NCBI GenBank assembly: GCA_965204735.1
Contig: OZ242008.1
Coordinates: 3,200,001-3,264,000, forward strand
Length of the DNA: 64,000 bases
Source of the DNA: Longimicrobiales bacterium
Lineage (GTDB): Bacteria; Gemmatimonadota; Gemmatimonadetes; Longimicrobiales; Gaopeijiaceae
Reading direction: 5' to 3'
Positions 59,220-64,000 of this stretch are shown here, one piece after another. Made by a program: the position numbers and the translations under genes. Below the pieces are notes generated by a model. It worked only from the letters and a program-made list of their open reading frames with translations. It was not told the DNA's origin and searched no databases. How positions within the stretch are numbered: the stretch's first letter is position 1; each line of letters starts with the position of its first letter.

Positions 59220-60124
59220 CCAGCGACGATCGTCGGGAGCCGGCGGCGACGGGCGCGCCGGGAGCTGTCCACGGCGACGACGACGGGCCTCGACGCGACG
59301 AGCGTCGGGAAGCTGCGGCGCCGGGCGCGCCCCTGGGCCCCGCGATGCCGCCGGGACGCTTCCTGGGGATCGAGACCACGGGGCGCGTCGGTTCGGTGGC
59401 GCTGGCGGTGGACGGCGTCGTGGCGGCGCAGCGCTTCCTGACCACGCCCTCCGCCCACGCCTCCGGCCTGATCCCGGCCGTGCGGGCGGTGCTGGCGGAG
59501 GCCGGCGCGAGCCGCGAAGAGCTGGAAGGGGTGGCGGTCGGCGCCGGTCCCGGGTCGTTCACCGGCGCGCGGATCGGGGCGGCGGCGGCCAAGGGGCTCG
59601 CGAGCGCACTTCGGCTTCCCCTCTACGCCACGTCGAGCCTGCGAGCGGCGGCGTTTGCGGTGGAGACTCTCGACACGGGGCCGAACGCCGGCGCGCTCCC
59701 GCCGGAGCTCTTCGGGCCGAAGGAGGAGCTGGCGGCCCACGGCGCCGCGGCAGGGCCGCTTCCGGTTCTCCCTAGCCCCCTTCCGCGGAGTCGGCGGGAG
59801 ATCCGCTACGTCCTCTTCGACGCCCGCGGCGGGAGGGTCTACGGCGCCTGCTACGACGTCGGCGCCGACGGACCCGCCGAGGTCGTGGCGCCCCACGGTG
59901 GGACGATCGTCCAGGCAATCAACCGGCGCCCGCCCCTGGGAACCGTCTTCATGGGAGACGGCGCCGAGGCCCACGCCCGCCTGGTGGAGGCCGCCGGGTT
60001 CGCCGTGGCGCCCTTGCCCGCCGGCCTGCCCCTGGCCGCGGCCGTGCTCGGCTGCTGTTCGTGGACGCCGGTGGACGCGTCTTCGTGGGAGCCCGAGTAC
60101 CTGCGGGAGTGGAGGCCGGGGTGA
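59216..60124 (+). CDS. tsaB: tRNA threonylcarbamoyladenosine biosynthesis protein TsaB
   Basis: LGIETT, GPGSFTGARIG, DARGGRVY, EPEYLR. Confidence 0.9.
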   Translation: MTSDDRREPAATGAPGAVHGDDDGPRRDERREAAAPGAPLGPAMPPGRFLGIETTGRVGSVALAVDGVVAAQRFLTTPSAHASGLIPAVRAVLAEAGASREELEGVAVGAGPGSFTGARIGAAAAKGLASALRLPLYATSSLRAAAFAVETLDTGPNAGALPPELFGPKEELAAHGAAAGPLPVLPSPLPRSRREIRYVLFDARGGRVYGACYDVGADGPAEVVAPHGGTIVQAINRRPPLGTVFMGDGAEAHARLVEAAGFAVAPLPAGLPLAAAVLGCCSWTPVDASSWEPEYLREWRPG

Positions 60125-60585
60125 CCCTCGCGCTCCACGTGCGCAAGGCGGAGGAGGAGGACTTGGCCGCGGTCGTGGAGATCGAGAAGGAGTCGTTCGG
60201 CCGGCCGTGGCGGCTGGAGACCTTCGCAACCCTCCTGGCCCGCCCCAGCGTGGACTTCCTGGTGGCGGAGGCGGGCGCGGGCGTGGCCGGGTACGTGGTG
60301 CTCCGCTCCACGGTCGGCGAGACGGAGCTGGCCAACTTGGCCGTGAGCTCGGGCCGCCGGGGCATGGGCGTGGCTCGCGCGCTGCTGACGCAGGCGGTGG
60401 AGACGGCCCGGGAGAGGGGCGCGACTTGGATGTTCCTGGCCGTCCGGGTCTCCAACCGCCGGGCGGCTAGATTGTACGAGCAGTTCGGCTTTCAGGAGAT
60501 CGGCGTCCACGGCTCCTACTACCGGGACCCCCTGGAGGACGCCCGGGTGTTCGCCATGGAGTTCTCGTCCGCGCCTCGTCCCTAG
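60121..60585 (+). CDS. rimI: Ribosomal protein S18 alanine N-acetyltransferase (GNAT)
   Basis: IEKESF..PW, NLAV...RRGMGVA, VRVSN..A..LY..FGF, YY..P.EDA; follows tsaB. Confidence 0.85.
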   Translation: MTLALHVRKAEEEDLAAVVEIEKESFGRPWRLETFATLLARPSVDFLVAEAGAGVAGYVVLRSTVGETELANLAVSSGRRGMGVARALLTQAVETARERGATWMFLAVRVSNRRAARLYEQFGFQEIGVHGSYYRDPLEDARVFAMEFSSAPRP

Positions 60586-60766
60586 TCCGGGCGCCGTGCC
60601 TTGGGGCGACCATGGGCTTGCCGGGAGCCCGCACGCGCTCGGAAGGAGCCCGGACAAGCTCGCCCACGAACAGCTTGCGCCGCGGGAGCCGCGTGCGCTC
60701 GGAAGCCCTGGGCGCCAGTCGCCAGCAGGCTCCCGCCAACGAAGCCCGCAACCGCTCGGAGGAGCC

Positions 60767-61813
60767 TTGGACGCCAGCCAGCCTTTCCCGCCGGTGATCG
60801 CGGAAGTGGGCCAGGCCCACGACGGCAGCCTGGGCACGGCCCACGCCTTCATCGACGCCGTGGCGGACGCCGGAGCGGACGCGGTGAAGTTCCAGACCCA
60901 CATCGCCCGGGCCGAGAGCTCGCCCGAGGAGCCTTGGCGCGTCGACTTCAGTCCCCAGGACGCGAGCCGCTGGGAGTACTGGCGGCGGATGGAGTTCACC
61001 GGGGACCAGTGGGCGGGGCTGAAGCGCCACGCGGGGCGTCGGGGCCTGGCGTTCCTGAGCTCGCCGTTCTCCGACGAAGCCTTCGACCTGCTTTCGCGGG
61101 TGGGCGTGGCGGCGTGGAAGGCGGCGTCGGGCGAGGTGGCCACCCCTGGACTTCTGAACCGAATGCTGGCGTCCGGGCTTCCGGTCCTCGTCTCGACCGG
61201 AATGAGCGGATGGGACGAGATCGACGGCGTGGCCGCCCGGGCTCGGCGGGCGGGGGCGGCCCTGGCGCTGCTCCAGTGCACGTCCCGCTACCCGACTCCG
61301 CCGGACGAAGTCGGCCTCAACGTGCTGGGGCAGATGCGCGAGCGCTACGACGCCGCGGTGGGGCTCTCCGACCATTCGGGAACGATCTTCCCCTCGCTGG
61401 CGGCCGTCGCCCTGGGCGCCGACGTGGTGGAGGTCCACGTGACTCTCTCCCGTCGAGCGTTCGGCCCCGACGTGAGCTCGTCGGTGACGGCGGAGGAGCT
61501 GGCGGAGCTGTGCCGCGGCGTCGCGTTCCTTCGGACGGCACGGGCGGCGCCGGTGGACAAGGACGCCATGGCGGAGGAGCTGGCGGCGGTGCGGGCCGTC
61601 TTCGGGAAGAGCGCCGCGGCGCTTCGGTCCCTTCCGGCGGGACACAAGCTCTCGGACGGCGACTTGGGCCCCCGAAAGCCGGGCACGGGAATCTCGGCGG
61701 CCCGCATTCCTTCCCTGGCCGGGCGAACGCTGCGGCGCGCGGTCGAAGGGGGGCGCCTGCTGCGGGAGGAGGACTTGCTCCCGGCAGGAGACGGCAGGGA
61801 CCCGGCGCCGTGA
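60767..61813 (+). CDS. neuB: N-acetylneuraminate/nonulosonate synthase family with C-terminal SAF/AFP-like domain
   Basis: GGAGGA RBS then TTG; IAEVGQAHDG, AVKFQTH, VSTGMS, QCTSRYP, GLSDHS, EVHVT, KPGTG. Confidence 0.88.
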   Translation: MDASQPFPPVIAEVGQAHDGSLGTAHAFIDAVADAGADAVKFQTHIARAESSPEEPWRVDFSPQDASRWEYWRRMEFTGDQWAGLKRHAGRRGLAFLSSPFSDEAFDLLSRVGVAAWKAASGEVATPGLLNRMLASGLPVLVSTGMSGWDEIDGVAARARRAGAALALLQCTSRYPTPPDEVGLNVLGQMRERYDAAVGLSDHSGTIFPSLAAVALGADVVEVHVTLSRRAFGPDVSSSVTAEELAELCRGVAFLRTARAAPVDKDAMAEELAAVRAVFGKSAAALRSLPAGHKLSDGDLGPRKPGTGISAARIPSLAGRTLRRAVEGGRLLREEDLLPAGDGRDPAP

Positions 61814-62841
61814 CGGGCCGCGCCGCGACGGGCCACCGCATCCTCAACGCCGAAGCCGCCGGCTACTCGTCCGAGGCCGCCGCCGTGCTGGCCGACGCCG
61901 GCGAGGTGCGGCTCGAGGACATGGACCGGCGGGCGCTGCTGGACGCGGCGCCGTGGGCGACGGCGCTGATCGTGCGGCTGGGTCACCGGGTGGACGACGA
62001 GCTGCTGGGCCGCGCCCCCGGGCTGCGCGTCGTGGCCACCCCCACGACCGGGCTGGACCACGTCGACCTGGACGCGGCCCGACGGCGGGGCGTGGCCGTG
62101 CTCTCCCTGAAGGGCGAGAGCGAGTTCCTGGACACCGTCCACGCCACTGCCGAGCACACGTGGGCGATCCTCCTCGCCCTTGCGAGGCGCGTCCCGTGGG
62201 CGCACGAGCACGCCGCGGCCGGGGGATGGGAGCGGGACCGCTTCCGGGGGCGCGAGCTGGCCGGCCGCTCCCTCGGGGTCGTGGGGCTGGGGCGGGTGGG
62301 ACGAAGAGTCGCGGGATACGGTCTCGCGTTCGGGATGCGGGTGGCCGCCTGCGACCCTTCGCCGGTCCGCTGGCTGGACGGCGTGGGGCGGGCGCCGGGA
62401 GTGCGGGAGCTGGCGGCGGCGTCCGACGTGCTGTCGGTCCACGTGCCGTTGGACGCGACCACGAAGGGGCTGGTCGGCGCCGACGTGCTCGCCGCGCTGC
62501 CCCGGGGCGCCGTGGTGGTGAACACCTCACGGGGCGCCGTGGTCGACGAAGACGCCCTGGTCGACGCCCTGGAGTCGGGAAGGATCGGCGGGGCCGCCCT
62601 GGACGTGCTTCGCGGCGAGCCCTCGGCCTTGGACACCGACCTCCGCCCGCCGGCAGGCGTCGGCGCCCCGCGAGCCGCCTGCGCCAGCCCCTTGGTCGCC
62701 CTGGCCCGCCGCCGCAGCGACGTTCTCCTCACGCCCCACATCGGCGGGGCTACCTTTGAGTCCATGGCCCGAACCGAGATCTACATGGCCCGCCGCCTGC
62801 GCCGCTTCTGTCTCGACGGGCGTTCCCCAGCCCTCCGGTGA
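61810..62841 (+). CDS. D-isomer-specific 2-hydroxyacid dehydrogenase
   Basis: TGLDHVD, TAEH, GLGRVG, HVPL, NTSRG, LDV, TPHIGG. Confidence 0.88.
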   Translation: MTGRAATGHRILNAEAAGYSSEAAAVLADAGEVRLEDMDRRALLDAAPWATALIVRLGHRVDDELLGRAPGLRVVATPTTGLDHVDLDAARRRGVAVLSLKGESEFLDTVHATAEHTWAILLALARRVPWAHEHAAAGGWERDRFRGRELAGRSLGVVGLGRVGRRVAGYGLAFGMRVAACDPSPVRWLDGVGRAPGVRELAAASDVLSVHVPLDATTKGLVGADVLAALPRGAVVVNTSRGAVVDEDALVDALESGRIGGAALDVLRGEPSALDTDLRPPAGVGAPRAACASPLVALARRRSDVLLTPHIGGATFESMARTEIYMARRLRRFCLDGRSPALR

Positions 62842-63998
62842 GCAAGCGCCGCGTCTGCGTCGTCGTCACCGCCCGCCCCAGCTACGCCCGGGTCAAGTCG
62901 GTGCTGGAGGCCGTGGACCGCCACCCGGAGCTGGAGCTGCAGCTCGTCGTCGGCGCGTCGGCGCTGCTGGAGCGCTACGGCCCGGCGGTGGACGTGATCC
63001 GCTCCGACGGCTTCCGGCCCGATGCGGTGGTGTACATGGTCGTGGAAGGCGAGAACCTGGTGACCACGGCCAAGTCCACCGGCCTGGGCGTCGTGGAGCT
63101 GGCCACGATCTTCGACAACCTGAAGCCCGACGTGGTGGTGTCGGTCGCAGACCGCTACGAGACGATCGCCACCGCCATCTGCGCCGCGTACCTGAACATC
63201 CCCGTCGCCCACCTCCAGGGCGGCGAGGTGACCGGCTCCATCGACGAGAAGGTGCGCCACGCCGTCACGAAGCTGTCCAACCTCCACTTCGTCGCCAACG
63301 AGGCGGCGGCAGCGCGGGTCGTCCGCATGGGCGAGGATCCGGCGTCGGTCCACGTGACCGGCTGCCCTTCGGTGGACTTGGCCGCGCGGGTCGCGGCGGA
63401 AGCCCGCGATCGGCCCTTCGACCCCTTTCGGGAGTACGCCGGGGTGGGCCGTCCATTCGACCCGGCCGGCGGCTACCTGGTCGTCCTCCAGCACCCTGTC
63501 GCCACCGAGTACGAAGACGCGCTCGACCAGATCCGCGAGACGCTGGCCGCCGTCGAGGCCCTTGCCCTGCCCACCTTCTGGTTCTGGCCCAACGTCGACG
63601 CCGGCTCGGACCTGATCTCGAAGGGAATCCGCCACTACCGCGAGACTCGGCCCCTGGACCACGTCTACTTCTTCAAGAACTTGGCCCCGGAGGACTTCGT
63701 CCGGCTGATGCTGGGCGCGCGGTGCCTCGTCGGCAACTCGTCGGCGGGGATTCGGGAGGGCGCGTTCCTGGGAGTGCCGGCGGTGAACGTGGGCAGCCGC
63801 CAGGAAGGCCGCGACCGGGCCGGCAACGTGGTGGACGCAGGCTGCGACCGGAAGGCCGTCCGGGCCGCGGTCGAATCCCAGCTGGCCCACGGACGCCACC
63901 CGAGCTCGGCGCTGTACGGCGACGGTCGAGCCGGGGAACGGGTCGCGGAGCTGCTGGCGTCGCTCGATCCGACGGTCGAGAAGCGGATCGCTTACTGA
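62838..63998 (+). CDS. neuC: UDP-N-acetylglucosamine 2-epimerase (hydrolysing), NeuC-like
   Basis: TARPSY, ADRYE, HLQGGEVTGSIDE.VRHAVTKL, GNSSAGIRE, G.RQ.GR, YGDG. Confidence 0.9.
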   Translation: MSKRRVCVVVTARPSYARVKSVLEAVDRHPELELQLVVGASALLERYGPAVDVIRSDGFRPDAVVYMVVEGENLVTTAKSTGLGVVELATIFDNLKPDVVVSVADRYETIATAICAAYLNIPVAHLQGGEVTGSIDEKVRHAVTKLSNLHFVANEAAAARVVRMGEDPASVHVTGCPSVDLAARVAAEARDRPFDPFREYAGVGRPFDPAGGYLVVLQHPVATEYEDALDQIRETLAAVEALALPTFWFWPNVDAGSDLISKGIRHYRETRPLDHVYFFKNLAPEDFVRLMLGARCLVGNSSAGIREGAFLGVPAVNVGSRQEGRDRAGNVVDAGCDRKAVRAAVESQLAHGRHPSSALYGDGRAGERVAELLASLDPTVEKRIAY

Positions 63999-64000
63999 TG

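Noticed and set aside
60596..60766. 57-aa N-terminal extension of NeuB
   Set aside because: The region consists of degenerate repeats (gcgctcggaag); a TTG with a GGAGGA RBS at 60767 gives a normal-length protein

Overview
High-GC bacterial chromosomal window with about 50 densely packed, often translationally coupled CDSs. The gene repertoire and protein style suggest Gemmatimonadota (inference). No rRNA, tRNA, CRISPR array, integrase or transposase is recognisable. Housekeeping genes include metG, gyrA, uvrA, uvrB, rel, tsaE/tsaB/rimI, fadJ-like, hisC-like and DsbA/VKOR. Functional blocks: polyamine-type ABC permeases coupled to sugar-modifying genes; a sigma54-type hsp20 with three palindromic boxes upstream; a peptidoglycan-salvage cluster (NamZ, NagZ-AmiE fusion, Na+ symporter, sugar kinase); MocA/XdhC genes; a plug-lipoprotein/beta-barrel cluster; a single-chain type IIG-like R-M enzyme; and the start of a nonulosonic-acid cluster. 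The best candidate novel system is a tandem PafB/PafC-like WYL regulator pair lying between two XdhC genes and divergent from two small lipoprotein genes. The intergenic DNA carries two back-to-back TGTCRN-N10-TAnnnT promoters with the spacing of the actinobacterial PafBC promoter, and each lipoprotein gene is preceded by a related leader repeat. Start codons were chosen by eye and products by motif recognition; no database searches were run.
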